A DNA stretch of 62,470 nucleotides, counting the filler, from Sphacelaria rigidula (lineage: Eukaryota), in assembly GCA_964200075.2 (NCBI GenBank). It is 5 parts of 5 records of this genome, joined end to end, with 100 filler letters (N's around TTAATTAATTAA, not from the genome) between each part and the next. Parts side by side here need not be neighbours in the genome. Positions count along the whole stretch, not along the records: positions 12,517 to 24,931 come from CAXNAA020003801.1; positions 25,032 to 37,445 come from CAXNAA020003802.1; 3 more parts are not named here. The stretch is one strand, 5' to 3'. Both the position numbers and the translations under genes were made by a program. Below are positions 12,731-26,523 of this stretch, piece after piece. How positions within the stretch are numbered: position 1 is the first letter of the stretch; each line of letters opens with the position of its first letter. The notes beneath the pieces were generated by a model, which made no database searches, was not told where the DNA came from, and saw only the letters and a list, made by a program, of their open reading frames with translations.

Positions 12731-12904
12731 GTGGTAGAAGATGGGTACGAGTTCCAGGCGGACCGACAGCTGGTGACGCTCTTCTCCGCGCCCAACTACT
12801 GCGGGGAATTTGATAACGCCGGAGCTATCATGTCGGTCAACGACAACCTTGTGTGTAGTTTCCGGGTGCTTCGCCCTGCCTCCCACCGACGGTACATTAC
12901 GTGA
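12731..12904 (+). CDS. PP1: Serine/threonine protein phosphatase PP1-type catalytic subunit, terminal exon (partial gene)
   Basis: [36 protein letters not shown] matches the PP1 C-terminal signature (SAPNYC); preceded by a pyrimidine tract and AAG acceptor. Confidence 0.9.
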   Translation: MVEDGYEFQADRQLVTLFSAPNYCGEFDNAGAIMSVNDNLVCSFRVLRPASHRRYIT

Positions 12905-15255
12905 AAGTATGCATTCCAGTCCAGCCAGTGGAGTCTTGACTCGTTGAGTTTCGTTGATTCGTCGTTAGTTTTGTTCGTGTTCTTTATTCATTCATCATCT
13001 ACGGGGAGTGTTGTGACGAACGGTGCTGTCATTTGGGTGGTTATTGGGAAGTTTGTTAATTTTATTTCGCCATTTTTTTTGCGTCTGACCGTGTCTGATT
13101 GTGTGTGCGTGTCGCCTCTTTCTATAGTGACTGTGTGTGTTTTACTCTGCGAGTGTCTGTGTTTGTCTGTGCTTTCAGCATACAACATACCATTTACCGT
13201 GTCTCTCTTGTGTGAGCACCGCCACATTCACAAGCGGATGGCTCTTCTTTTTCTTCGAACGTTTCCCCCTTCCTCTCATCATCATGCATCGCGCTGGCCG
13301 TACTGGGTAAAACTAGTTATACAGCCACCCTTCTGGTATTGTACTGCTCTTATTTTTATTCCTTTCTTGTACGAAGAGGACACGTTTACTTGAAGACGTA
13401 TAAGAGCCTGGTTTGTCGTTTAATTGCGGTTTACTATCCCCCATCCCCTGAACCGTGTGAAGAGTCACTGAAGCGTCCAAGGTCAACTCCACGTTGTGGT
13501 GTGCTGCAGCTGTAGTCCTCGTCAGTGGTTCTGGTGGAAGAATCGAGTTCATTTCTGTCCCCCGAAGGGCGAGCGAGCGAGCGAGGTAAAGAGAACGATA
13601 TTCGCATCGACCTAACGTTTCAACGTGTTGGTTTAATAAAACAGATACCCCGGTCAATATAGAGGTGTGTAGCGATCAGCTTTTTTGTATGTATGGGTAT
13701 AGACCTTTTAACCGCACACGTGACTGTGAGGACGCTGACTTGGACCTATGGCACTGCCATGGGCGTAAATCTCTGCGGTTCCAGAGGATACCGTAGGCTA
13801 CGGACCATTATCCATTGCTCGGGGCGATAAGAAACCTGACCTGGATGTCATGTTGAACTACGGCGGCCACGCCCCCGAAAATTTGGGTGTCCCTAGATAT
13901 CTCGAGTCATTGATTTTTTTTTTCCGATGAATACGAGACTGTGCGGCAGCACGGTGTCTAATTTGGTGAAGAAAACTGAGCTTGTTGGGAGGTTCTTCTC
14001 GCCTCAGGTGGTGATGCTCCGTCAGCTACGATGCCTGTCTCGTCATTTGAGAAAGATCTTACAGGCTCTATCGAAATAGATATCCCGGGAAATTGAGAGA
14101 AGAGGACACAACCGTCGGAGTCGAATACCCCCTTGACCAACACTATACTGCGCGGATGACGTTCGAGTGCTGTGTTTTGTGTCCTTTGTGCGGCTGAGAA
14201 TATGCTCTTGGTATGGGGGGGAATGGAAATTGGGGGGGAAACGGGGGGGAGGTATTGTTCTGGTCCGGCGGTTCTGTGGTTGTTGGAGCGAAAAGAGTCG
14301 CGTGATGAATGCCGCATAATTGAGCAACCGGGACACGGAAATTACGTTGTCGTGTCGTCTTTTTTCACGTGCCCGAGTGGCTGTTGCTGGCGTGGGGTGT
14401 TGTATTTATTGGGATTTTTTGAATAGGCAGTGCACACACGCACTTACAGGCCAATCAGGTTATGGTGCGGCGGCATTGTTCTCATATGGGGAGGGGCGAG
14501 AGGGGGGGAGGGGAGAGGGATCGCCGTCGCTGGAGTTACCTGTTTGTACATACGCATACGGAATTTTGTGCATGTCTTACGGAGTTGGGTGAAACTTTAG
14601 AAGAAATTGCTCGTTGTCTTTGATCATATTTTCGCTTTTTTTGGTGATGTTTCAACGAGTCATCGTATCTACAGCACTGCTGTAAGCCTCGTTTTTGCTT
14701 CCCGGTGGTGAAGTGAGGGACATCTACCGTCTGTTGTGCGCAAAAATGATGAAGATTCCTTTGATGTCTACGACAGCCACTTGTTATACCTTCGGTGAGC
14801 GAGAGGTTTTATCGCTATAGTGAGAACGGGTAGCTACATTTCATACGTGATACTCCAGTTTGTACGGCCGCGAGGGTGTCCATCTGGACCATACATACTT
14901 TTTGCAAGTGAAATTGAAGCCGCTTCAGCAGATGACCCATGCTCACCGTCGAAGGGCTGAGGCTCCAAATGACGGGTAACTCGAAAAATTTGTGTGGTGG
15001 CATGAAGGTGCGCGGCGATCGTTCTTGTGCTCGTTGTATCGCTTGCGCATGTGTTGGGACATGATTCTAGGTGAGTTGCGCATGATCGCATGCTTGGCGA
15101 CGTTCTGTTGACACCTCACGCGTCATCGGATCTTCTGAGGGATTGTTATTGTTATTATAATATTTTTTATTGTATCTTTTGTCTGTGTTGATTTTTCTGG
15201 AATTCTGTTTTTTTTTCAAATCATTTCCTTATCCTCAGGTTTGGGTAGATAGCGT

Positions 15256-15375
15256 GTGACCACGGAAGGCGTCCGCATCACTTACCCAGTACGGTTGTTA
15301 CGTAGGAGATAGTGCACAGAGGTCGGAACGGTTTTTTAATGTGAAGACAACATCAACAGCGACAACAACAACAAA
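15256..15375 (+). repeat. Retroposon-like 3' end with (CAA)n tail, second copy
   Basis: Matches 1165-1270. Confidence 0.6.
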
Positions 15376-17985
15376 CACATCCTGTACCTTGACCGAGACA
15401 TTCGCGTGTGTACACGATGTGATCTCGGCGAAAATCGGTACAATCCGTAAATGAGTTGCATTCATCCACCTGGGGTCCCCGCAAGGCCACGAGGCATGAT
15501 GTTCCTACGGTCGTTGTCGTGCACAAAGAAGACAATCGAGCTAGGAAGCAGTCCATGCGCATGCGCGATGGGCTCGTCGTGAGGGCTGCCCACGCCATGA
15601 CTTCCCGGAGATCCGCCTAAATACGCTGTCGAAGTAATTCTACATGACAATGGTCGTACCAAAGTAGCATGGCGTGTCAAGTGTCTAGGGTGGTGTCGCA
15701 AAACCTTCGAATTAGATAGAGGGCAATTGCTCTCTCTTCCGCACGTCGCGTGATCATCTCATCTCCGCAAAGCCGTCCAGCACGGCAGCAAGGGGCACTA
15801 CAGAAATCCACGATTCGGGAGAGGAAATGCACGCGTACATTCCAATTTCACAAATAAAAATTGGTTTCTGCTGCGGGTAAAAATTCGACTTCGTGGTTTT
15901 TTGCGACTCCGTTTTTGCGTCAGGATTCTTACGACCTGATTCTTGCGATCGGATTCTTGCGATAGTTTTTTTGCTAGATTCTTCCAATCTAAAACCCCTA
16001 TCGATTTCGTGTTTTTGGGGATCACTTCGTCAAACGGACACCAAACGCATCCTGCTCCAAGGGGCACCTGGACAAACAGCAGTTGCCGTTGCCCACCTAG
16101 TATCATCCTCAAAATAGGAGTCTTGAGTAAGAACCACCCGCGTTTGGTGCCCATTTACAAGGATGATCTACATCGAGTATTTTGCTCCAAAACGTACCTG
16201 ACAATGGGGCAACACCCCCTTACAGACAGTAGCAATGCTAGCGGATCCTACGTCCTGACAGTCTGTGACAGTCTGGTAGCAGGCAGGGTGGTTGTGGTAG
16301 TGTCCTTCCAGCGATGTCAACTTACAGTGCACTGGAGCAGAGTTTGCAGGTTAATATTTCGGCGATTGCGCCTCACCTACAGTTCGCCCAGATGTGGATT
16401 TTTTCTCGATATCACCGTGTAATATTATTACATACATGTACAGGTGGAAACATACCAGACTCTCCGTCTGATTATAAGTCGAGATGTACCAGACCCTGCA
16501 TCATATATGAAAGTGTGCCCAACCTTGGACAAAAGATTTCTACAGTCAGTGCGACCACGCTGTTGGAAGTGTAGTGCATGCAGTGTGTTGTGTGTTGTCG
16601 TCTCATCTATTCCGGACGCTCCTCTGCATCTTTCGGTATATGTGGGCGCACCAGCCGCGGCTGTGTTACCATTGAGTTTCGCCCAAGATACAGGCGACCA
16701 TTACAGCGGCGGAGGCGGCCATTCACTCCTACGTGCGCCACCTGGGGCAAACGCACGCTGTAGCTGCAACACGGACAGCTTTACAACATGTGACGTAGCG
16801 ATATACTGCAGCGCGTGGCGTGATATCCTGCGTACACGTTTGCCGTAGATACACGCGGGTGCATTCATGATGTAGCGAACTGCATAGGACAACGCGACAT
16901 CAATGCAGGACAGGGATAGGCTAAGGATATCACGTCCTGCGGTGTGCTTTATCATGCTGCACCCTACCGCTGTGCAGTGAGCAGGTACTACCGCCGAATG
17001 TGTCCCGATGCGGTTGGTACACGCGGTAGTTTCGGCTCCACACCCGTAGCGTAACCTGTGCACTGAATTGAATAAAACACATAGAATTAAATTACACGCG
17101 CGGAGAGCGTTATTTTCGAGCAGTACGCGCGCTAGCGTTTTCCGTGTTGTCGACATCGTGCCAGCGCGCGTGCACACTAAAGCGCTGTACTCCCCTGTGG
17201 CAGCCTGTCATGGTAGTGCTCCTCATGTTTCATCACGCTTTATTCGAAAACACGCAGAAGAGATGCCAGCGAGTCCATCGTTGTTGCACTGGGATATAGA
17301 ACCCCCGCCTGCTGCGTGTTGTACCAAGAAATAAGTAGTGTGTGCTGTCGTTCCATCTACTCTGGACACTGGTCTACACCTTTTGGTATATGTGGGCGCA
17401 CCAGCCGGGGTCATACCGGAAAGGTCAACACACGAGCCTTTTCTTTCTTATTTGTTTTTAATACCCCACCTTCCTTCTGCGGTGCTTGCCATTATTTTCT
17501 ATCGCGAGAAGAGTACATCATCCCTTTCCCTCGTCGACCGTTACGTCGAATGTTGTGCACCCACGACATATTAATAGTCGCTCTCCACTGTTGGGCATGG
17601 AGTGAGAAAAAATCCCAGATCGCTCCGAGATTTGAACCCACGACGCAACCGGCAGAAGGCTTCGAGGTTACCAACTCAGCCACCGGGGCGACCGGTCGTT
17701 GCTCACTATGTACCAAATAATATACCGTACCAGTTCAAAAACGGATCTGCATTATATATACGCCACCGACATGCTCTGGTTATCATGAACTGTGTACGAG
17801 GCGCGGGAAGCGTAGCTTTTGCCAAGGAATACAAGGACGCAACCATACTGCAGTATAGGCAGTATTTTTTCATACGTGATTCGAACGAGACACAAGACGA
17901 AGCATTTACATCATGATAAATACCTGGGCGTTGTGGTACTGAAACGAGTCCACCGGTCTTTACACTACCTACCGTACGGAGATAG

Positions 17986-18247
17986 CAAGGGTTGGACGAA
18001 TCAAGGATTTGTCCGGAAATTATTCGATTTTTAGTGTAATTGATTCGTACCGTGCGAATCAATCCTTAGGCTTTATTTTCAGCGTTGCAACCCAGGAGGT
18101 AGGCGTAGCCCAGGCACGTGGAATGGCGCAAAAGTTGCGTGGAGACCTGTTTGACCAGCGGTCGACTTTTTTCTCTCTTTCGAGCAACCAGGCCTGAGAA
18201 ATCAGGGATTTGGTGATTCGAATCGGCGATGATTCGTCCGAACTATG
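17986..18247. mobile_element. hAT-like MITE
   Basis: Imperfect TIRs CAAGGGTTGGACGAATC and GATTCGTCCGAACTATG; 8-bp TSD GGAGATAG/GAAGATAG; second copy at 29920. Confidence 0.75.
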
Positions 18248-18935
18248 GAAGATAGATACCACGTATAAATAACACAAAAACTTACGGGCAGACCTTTTCA
18301 CTTTAGAGAGAAGGGCCCGGCCGAGACCACTCCGGTTTCGCCGCCGAAATCCGAGACGGCAACGCCACGAACACCGAAATGAATTGAAATTGGAAGCGCC
18401 CTGGACACAGGGCAATCTATGGACAATTAATCCTCCAACAAAGACGAACGCTTAGAAGAGAACGTACACCCACGACACAATCGCCACTTTCACAGGATAC
18501 GCGTACTACATGGATACTCAATCCTCCAACAAAGACGAGCAGTTGGGAGAGAACGTACACTCACTCTGCAACCGTCGCTGTCGAAGGATACTCGTGCTCA
18601 ATACGCGTAGCTCTTGACTCATAGTAGTGCCTGGGGTGTAAAGTGGTACCTTGTACATACGGAAATCCTTCCTTCCTACGCTTATCATAGGAGGTATTAT
18701 TGGGAGGATGCGTCATGTGTGACAGTTTTGTACATGAAACGTGAAAAGCGGCGACCATAGTAGGCAACATTCGAATACCCCTTTTTCGAACGAAAGCTAT
18801 TTTTTCAGGTTCTTCGCTTACCAAGAAGACTCCTCACGGCAACCTTTCGATTCCAAGCTATGGGGGACGAGATATATTATTGCCTGATAAAACTTTCCAA
18901 AAAATATCTCATGAACGATAAATTTTGAACGATAT

Positions 18936-18998
18936 CCCAGCCAACCGGTCGTTGTTTCCCAGCCAACCGGTCGTTGTTTCCCAGCCAACCGGTCGTTG
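18936..18998. repeat. 21-bp tandem repeat, 3 copies
   Basis: (CCCAGCCAACCGGTCGTTGTT)3. Confidence 0.9.
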
Positions 18999-19102
18999 GA
19001 AGTCCTACGAGCATACAGCCTCAGGTTCTCGCTCTGTGGTGTTCTTGCTCGACCAACCGATCCGATGTTCATGATGAATAATACCATTGTTCAGTCTTTT
19101 CC

Positions 19103-20656
19103 CTGGACAATATTTAAAAAAGGATACATCCTGGTGCGTTTGGAACAAAAAAGGGTACTGTATGTTTCGGTTTGGGGCGCGGCGCTGCACGCAGGCTGAA
19201 CACCTCCAAAACATGTTCCAGCGCTTCAGCCACACGTCCAAAGGTGTCTGGGCAGCACGTCCGATCATTTTTTTTAGTTTCACACGTGGTACTAGGCTTA
19301 ACTACGGTGTAGAAAAAGACAGCCTGTGAGAGTACCCTTTTGTTGTAAACAAACCACGAGGGTATACCCTGCTCTCTGCTGAAAAATCATCTTGCCCTTT
19401 CTTGTTCACCTGTGAGCCTTTTAATGCTCAAGTGCATACCCTTCTTTACTCTCTTTTGTAAAGTGGTGACCGTACCGCCGGCTCCGCAGAAGATTCGCCG
19501 GGCAGTCTTGACCATATCCACTTTTTTGTGAATGACACCCCGCCAAAAAGGCCGAAATCCAACGACAAAGGACTTGTAGCCCCCTGCTGGTTGGCCCGCA
19601 GACCCCAAAAATCCGACGATGCATATAGCACGCGAACGCTTGTGTGCCGGAGCCCGCAAAGATGCAACGAACATGCGTGAAAAATCTTGCCGACACAAAC
19701 GCCCGAACGGCATTACAGTACATGTTCGTTGGATCTTTGTGAGCTCCGGCACACAAGCGTTCGCCTCCGGTATGCATCGTCGGATCTTCTGAGTCTGCGG
19801 GCCAACCAGCAGGGGGCTACAACTTCTCGATGTTAGGTTTCGACCTTTTTGGCGGAGTGTATTTCGCAAAAAATGGGTATGGTTATGACTGTTCGGCGCA
19901 TCTTCTGCGGAGCCGGCGGTACGGTCACCATTTGACAAAAAAGGGTAAATAAGGGTATGCACTTGGGCATTGAAACAAAAGAGGGTAAGATATTTTTTAG
20001 CAGACCGCAGGGTGTACCCTCCTGGTTCGCTTACAACAAAAGGGTACTCTCACAGGCTGTCTTTTTCCGCACCGTAGTTAAGCCTATTATAGTACCACCT
20101 GTGAAATTAAAAAAATGGTCGGGCATGCTGCCCAGACACCTTGGGTGTGTGGCTGACGTGCTACAATACATTTTCGAGGTGTTCAGCTTGCGTGCAGCGC
20201 CGGGCCCCGAACCGAAAAATGCGATACTCCTTTTGTTCCAAACGCACCAGGGTGTATCCTTTTTTGTATATTGCTCTATCTTTTGCGGAGCCGGCGGTAC
20301 GGTTACCACTTCACAAAAAGTGTAAAGAAGGTGATACACTTTGGCATTAAAACAAAGAAGAGCAAGATAATTTTTCAGCAGACCGCAGGGTGTACCCTCT
20401 TGGTTTGTTCACTACAAAAGGGCACTCTCACAGGCTGTCTTTTTCTGCACCTTAGATAAGCCTATTATAGTACCACGTGTGAAACTGAAGAAAATGGTCG
20501 GGCATGCTGCCCAGACACCTTAGGTGTGTGGCTGAGGCGCTAGAACATGTTTTCGAGGTGTTCAGCCTGCGTGCAGCCCACGCCCCAAACCGAAAAATGC
20601 GATACTCTTTTTTGTTCCAAACGCACCAGGGTGTACCCTTTTTTGTATATTGTCCA
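19103..20656. mobile_element. Foldback element with ~570-bp inverted arms and a duplicated outer right arm
   Basis: 19103-19676 is the imperfect reverse complement of 19721-20272; 20278-20656 repeats ~19903-20272. Confidence 0.8.
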
Positions 20657-21351
20657 TTTTTCTTCTCTCCGCTTTATCGGCTATTCATGGCGCTACAGCC
20701 GAAAAAAAAACGTGTTTTGGGATCATACATGGTCAGGGACATGCCCCAGGGACACTTCCCAGGGACACTCCCCAGGGACACTCCCCAGTGAACAAGGTTG
20801 TGCTCCGTATTGTTCCGACGACGCAAACTTGGGGAGTGTGTCCTCAGCACGACCTGCTTCTTCCTCAATGGACCCCTACCGATTCTCACACTTTCGAGAA
20901 AGGTGACAAAATCTAGATGCACGGGAGGAAAGTTTTGCGGCAGCTTCATTCCGGCTCTGCTGTCTGTATTTGCTCCTCCTCGTTCTCCTCGTCCTCTTCG
21001 TTGCTCTGTCTCGACACTTTCCGAAGCGTGCTCCGTCTTGCACACCACGACACCCCCAAGCTAGGTCACTCCACCTTTTTTTCGGGTTCCTGTAGCACGT
21101 GCTTCCTTGATGGGTTGCGCGCACGACAAAGCTCCATGCTGGAAAGAAACGGTACCGCATGATACATTTGTCAGAGAAATATGCACAACGGCATGCTATT
21201 TTCAACGCTACTTTCATAGCACAGGTCCTCCACTACTATGCAGGGGATGCACCGAAAATGTCGTGGGGAGAGGAATGCGCGATCGCAGGGGAGTACCACG
21301 AAGATACAGTAAACACTGGTTTTCCAAATTTTGAGTATGAATATTTTTTTC

Positions 21352-22906
21352 GAGGATGAAGCTTGTGAACCTTCATTAGCATCGAAACATTTTCGAAATA
21401 GTAGGGCGAATATGCACTCTCTGTCCGCGATAGTGTGGCCTCGTTCATCCTCAAAAGAATCAACCTGCAATTTGTAAAAACACGTTTCTTACCGAAGAAT
21501 TCCGACCTGCGTTTCATTCTCGTACAACAGCCTGTTCTTACTTGTCAGAATCCCCTGTGGACGCGGGATTTTACAAATTGCAGATACGAGGTGGGCCGGC
21601 CTAGACGCGAATTTTTGGCTTGCAGACCCCGCCTCACCTCAATTTTGAGAGTTGGACTTTCAAATTTTGTACGGGGAATGAATAGGGCATGGTAAATATA
21701 TTGATGCTGGGACAGTTATTTTTTTTCTTCGTAGTGAGTCAACTGAATTTTCCTGGTATGAATAGGACATAATTAAAATAATTACAACGGGACGGAAAGT
21801 TTCTTTCTTCCGTGAGTTAACAGCTTCTTGACCCAGCGTTATTATCTTTGTCATGACCTTTTCGTTATTCGTACCAAATTTGAGAGTACAAATCGCAAAA
21901 TTAAAGTGAGACGGGGCGATTCAGAAACCAGGCCGGAAAAAACCCCCGACCAGTATTTTCCAGGCCATTTACCGGCCCAGGGTTGATACTTGTGTTTTGA
22001 GATTTTGTGTGGGACCTTGCTAGGCCATAATGACCCCAAAAAAGTAGGATATGTTGATGTTTCTTTTTCTTTCACTTGTTTAGGACGTTTTAGTAGAGTA
22101 GAAACCATACTTTCACGAGGACGACCATGCCTCTCCAAAAACAATAAAAGTTGAAGGTCCATTTTCTTTGTCTTCAGCATGCCTTTGCGATTCTTGATGC
22201 TTAGGTTCAAATTACAATTCTGAAAATTGAGCTGACAAACTGAGATGAGGTCCGAGAACATTGTTTATTTTCCCTCCAAAGCTCCGGTAAAACACGAAAA
22301 AAAACTGATCTTTTTGTTTCATTATGCACTAGCGGTTTCTCTACACGAAATATCCAAGCACAACTCTCGAAAACTGAGACGCGACATCCAGATTTAGCGC
22401 ATTCAGTGCCTCTGCTCGTAACCTATTGATGCTAGTATGGAACGTCATGTGCGCCATACCTCGAGATAGATAACGAAATAGGTGAAGTTGATAATATCGA
22501 TCGTTTCCCTGTGCTCCAGGGAATGTCCACAGCAAAGATCGTCACCATTCGCTGTATATTTTGTTCGGGGTTTCATATTGACTTTAGTATGGACGCTATC
22601 TCCGTACGGTATAGGAATTACTAGACACGAGGTTTAATCAACGAGAAAAAATTGCCCTAGCCTTTTTCGAGCAGATAGGCACCTTCCTCTTGATCAGACG
22701 ATAAATACGATGTGCGGATCACGGCCCAACTCGTCTCTGTCGATGAGATATGACTGTCAGAGCTCAAGTCCGCGTCTAGGCCGGCACAGCGTAAATGTTT
22801 TTTTTTGTTAGGATGAGCGAGGCCACACATCACGGCCGGACAGTGCATTTGCATCTTGTACCGGAGAATATTCCGATGCTCATCAAGGTTTCCATGGTTC
22901 ATCCTC
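21352..22906. mobile_element. Non-autonomous TIR element, GAGGATGAA...TTCATCCTC
   Basis: ~43-bp imperfect inverted ends; the same end motif occurs at 1755; the interior recurs inverted at ~60400-61280. Confidence 0.6.
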
Positions 22907-25900
22907 AATGAACAGCTCATCCTCCATGCGTGAAATCCCTTATTAATAGGTGACGCCGCATCAAGTGAGGTGGAGCCCAGACGCTCGACTGCATTCAGAT
23001 ACTACCTCTACAACACTATATACGTAGCCCAATGCACATTGCTGCAGGGCCAGCGCACTGTAAGAGCCACAATTCACACAGGCATACTGTGTCTGGGGTC
23101 AAGCACTGTGCAGCATTAGGAAGTGGAAGGAGAGGGAGGCGGGGAGGTGTAGCAGGCACGGTTTAGTACGGATCAAGACTCGAAAGTAACGTCACTTACG
23201 GGTTCACGGTTCAGTAGGAAATATCCCATAATCAGTGATGACGCCCCATCAACTCTAGAGAGATCACACCGCAGCTCGGCCAACGGGTGTACAGGACAAC
23301 ACAGCAGACGGCCGCGAGGAAGGACACACACAGGCGCGAAAACAAAGTCACACACAATCTTTTTCTCTCCGCCACAGGTGTTCGAACGGAATAGGCGGAG
23401 GCTAGAAGCAGCTAGCCTCTTTCTGCTGAATTGTAAAAAAAAATTGAAGAAGGGGAGCGTGTGGACGCTTGATCCGCTCTACCTTAAGCCGCACTTACTC
23501 CTACCCCGCCTATGCGCGCTGCTGCGGACTACCATGAACCAGATATGCCACAGTATGCTACAGTATGAGGAGTGACGAATGAAGTACAAGTTTGTGCCAC
23601 GGGTTTCGAAGATTGGCGTGCGTGAGGTGTCATGGCGTCGACCCCTATCCTACCCCCCGACCCCACCACAGCCACACACACGGTAGGGTCGATGGGAGAC
23701 TAAGGACGACCAAACAAATCAGGTGGTGATATATAATGTAGAGAGGGAGCAAGCTAGCTATAAGGTCACATGAAATGTTCAACGAGATCATGAGTAAGTC
23801 CCCCCCATGATGCGGTATACTACCATGAACGATACCAAGCAACAACAACGGTTTTGTTGACGTGCACGGGTAGCTACCAACAGAGTATCTCATCAAGCAC
23901 ACTGTCTGTGTGATATACCGCTCACAATATAGGTAAAAACAAAGTACCGCCCATTGTACCGGCACTTTGTTGTGCACAACATAACGCGTTCCATGCTGTG
24001 CATTACATTTTCTACGCCAGCGAACGACTACGAGCATACCGGTACGGTACCACACTACGTGCCATTCATAGATTACCTGTTTATTAGCATTACCATCATT
24101 CACGTATTTTGTTGTAAGTCCGTATGTCAGTGAACGTACCCCAGGGAAAGAAATGTTTTCGATGAGCTCTCCACCATTTTCGTGCCCCACTCAACCTTCG
24201 GCGTTTCCCTCACATTACATTGCATCGATTGATTGATTGGTTTGTTGCACATTCACTGATCTGACCCTCGACGAGGAATACAGGCATGGTCATTATCCAC
24301 AATCCACAGAAGTCATACTCGAGGTAAACAAAACGGGAAAAAAAAAACTCCCTGAAGAAACTCGAGAAAGAGAAAATATGTAAGGAATAGAAAGTAAAGC
24401 AGAACAAATGGAGAAAAGTGGACGGGAGCATCGGACCGAAATAAAAAGGAAAATGACGGGAAAAGGAGAAGAAAGGTAAAGTCGGTCCCCATGCAAAAAA
24501 TAACAATGGACAAAAAGAAGGCCGGCGTTAGGAAAAGCAACCGTGCATTATGAGCTTGTAAACCTGGCCAGAAGTATATACATGATACAGAACACACCAT
24601 TCGAGGAACAGGTGAGGAAAATCCGCGGTGAACGCGGTTAGACAGTACTGGGAGATTTACCAGGTGACTCTAGTACTACTTCACCTTGAGACGACACCCG
24701 GACGAATTGTACTTTTTGGACTTTTTGGATGTGATGAAGGGTGAAACTCCTGTGGCCAGCGCGCAACATGTACGCTAAGTTTAGCTGCTCTGATCACTTC
24801 TTATTTCCCAGCGGAAAAAACCCAATGTATCAGCGTGAAAATAGGGATCAGTATATCCATGACGTTGGATACGCGGAACGACCCCAAACCATCGGCCAAT
24901 ATCTCAGGATATTCATGAGCGGGGAGGGGGGNNNNNNNNNNNNNNNNNNNNNNNNNNNNNNNNNNNNNNNNNNNNTTAATTAATTAANNNNNNNNNNNNN
25001 NNNNNNNNNNNNNNNNNNNNNNNNNNNNNNNCACTATTCAGACCACCCCACGCGGGAAATCATCACTATTTCAGCCAGATATCTACACCCATGATCCCGC
25101 CTTGAGCGAAGCTTGCAACCGATGCCACGTACTGGGCCGATGCTCTCTTGTGTCGGGCCCGCCGCTCGTGTGAACTTTGTCTACTTCACGGCTGATATCA
25201 GCCGAATGCTTGTCACATGGTTCTTCTATGCGTGCATTCCGGTTTTGGATTTTTTTTTTTTGGCGCAGGACTGAATGGCGTACACACGGATCTGAGTTTC
25301 GCCAATCTTAGTCCCCCCGATTTGGCACAGATTGGGGTCCCGCCAGTTTCGGGATTAGTCCCCATAAAAAATGGCCTTAACCCTTTTAGGAACGACCCCC
25401 CACTAACATGGGGTTAACCGTGTGGGAGTGAAATAATGGAAAATAAACCAGGGAGCGACCTGTCCAATCACGGCAAGGCGAAATTTATCGACCAGACCCG
25501 AACGACCAGCGCGGGCGCGGGGACTGTTGCCGAGTGTGATGTCACTGCAAATATCGTGTGGGGACCCTATTCCTGGCCCAGATAAGCCTTCCCAGGTTTC
25601 CAAAGCCAGGATGCCCGGAGCATGGCTTATCGTATTACTTGCATTCAGTATAGCGTTCCCGGGATTTCACGGGAGTTTTTTGTGGTCGCCAGCCTATGCT
25701 TGAACGTAGTAATGACACTGATACATGATTGAGGGGTGGAAATCGGGAAGAAGTGTACATGCTACCATGTGGTTATTTTCACGAGGCATTAAACCCAGCT
25801 GGGCCATGGAAGGACCAAAGGAGCTATCGTCTTGAATCCTGCCTATCCCTCTGCCGATGCCTTGCATAACAGAGTAAGAATGTATGTTGTGGGCGGGGAT

Positions 25901-26523
25901 GAAGAAGCGGTATGTAGGCAGTTGACCTCGGTAACTGAGAACTGCCCAGAACGTGCAAGGAAGTATGCAGCGGCAGCTGCTGCTGCTGTGGAAGAGGCGT
26001 ACTGCACTGTACTGTACTGTATGCATGCGCGCCGCAACGCTCATACCCTTCGAAGAGAATTTGCCGCTTGCAACAAGAAGGGAAATCGCGGCCCACCCCG
26101 ACCGTAGAGGGCTGTGTGGCAAGGTGATCGGGACAATGATATCATCCAAAGCCACCAGTGGCGGGCGGCCCGCCGGTCGCCGCATCCTGTTGGAAGCCCT
26201 CTACGGTGACCCATACTGCTTGGTACATCAGATGTACATTACCTAATGCACACCCTGCTGCTGAACATAGATTGGATGATTCTTTCGGTCTTCCTCATAA
26301 CCCTGCGATTACATCCGCGGATTTCAGCAACATGAAACCACTGTTTCGTGCAGACGCCAGACACGTCATTTCTAACCATCCTCATTGATCGCTCTGGGGG
26401 CCCGGTCCCAAAAGGGTTGAACATGAATTTCCATTGTATCGTTTCAAGAGAGGTTTTCTGGTAAACCGAGTGCTCGGTATACCCTTGTATACCTCTCCCT
26501 TAATGATATATATATATATATAA

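Noticed and set aside
17620-17689. tRNA gene (similar B-box words near 7465, 42225, 52755, 54550)
   Set aside because: T and anticodon stems do not pair; these are better explained as SINE heads or relics.
18936-18998. CRISPR-like repeats (also 49140-49470)
   Set aside because: No unique constant-length spacers, no cas genes, and a eukaryotic context.
23378-23575. Isolated exon-like ORF after a strong acceptor
   Set aside because: No recognisable motif or partner exon, so it cannot be supported as a gene.
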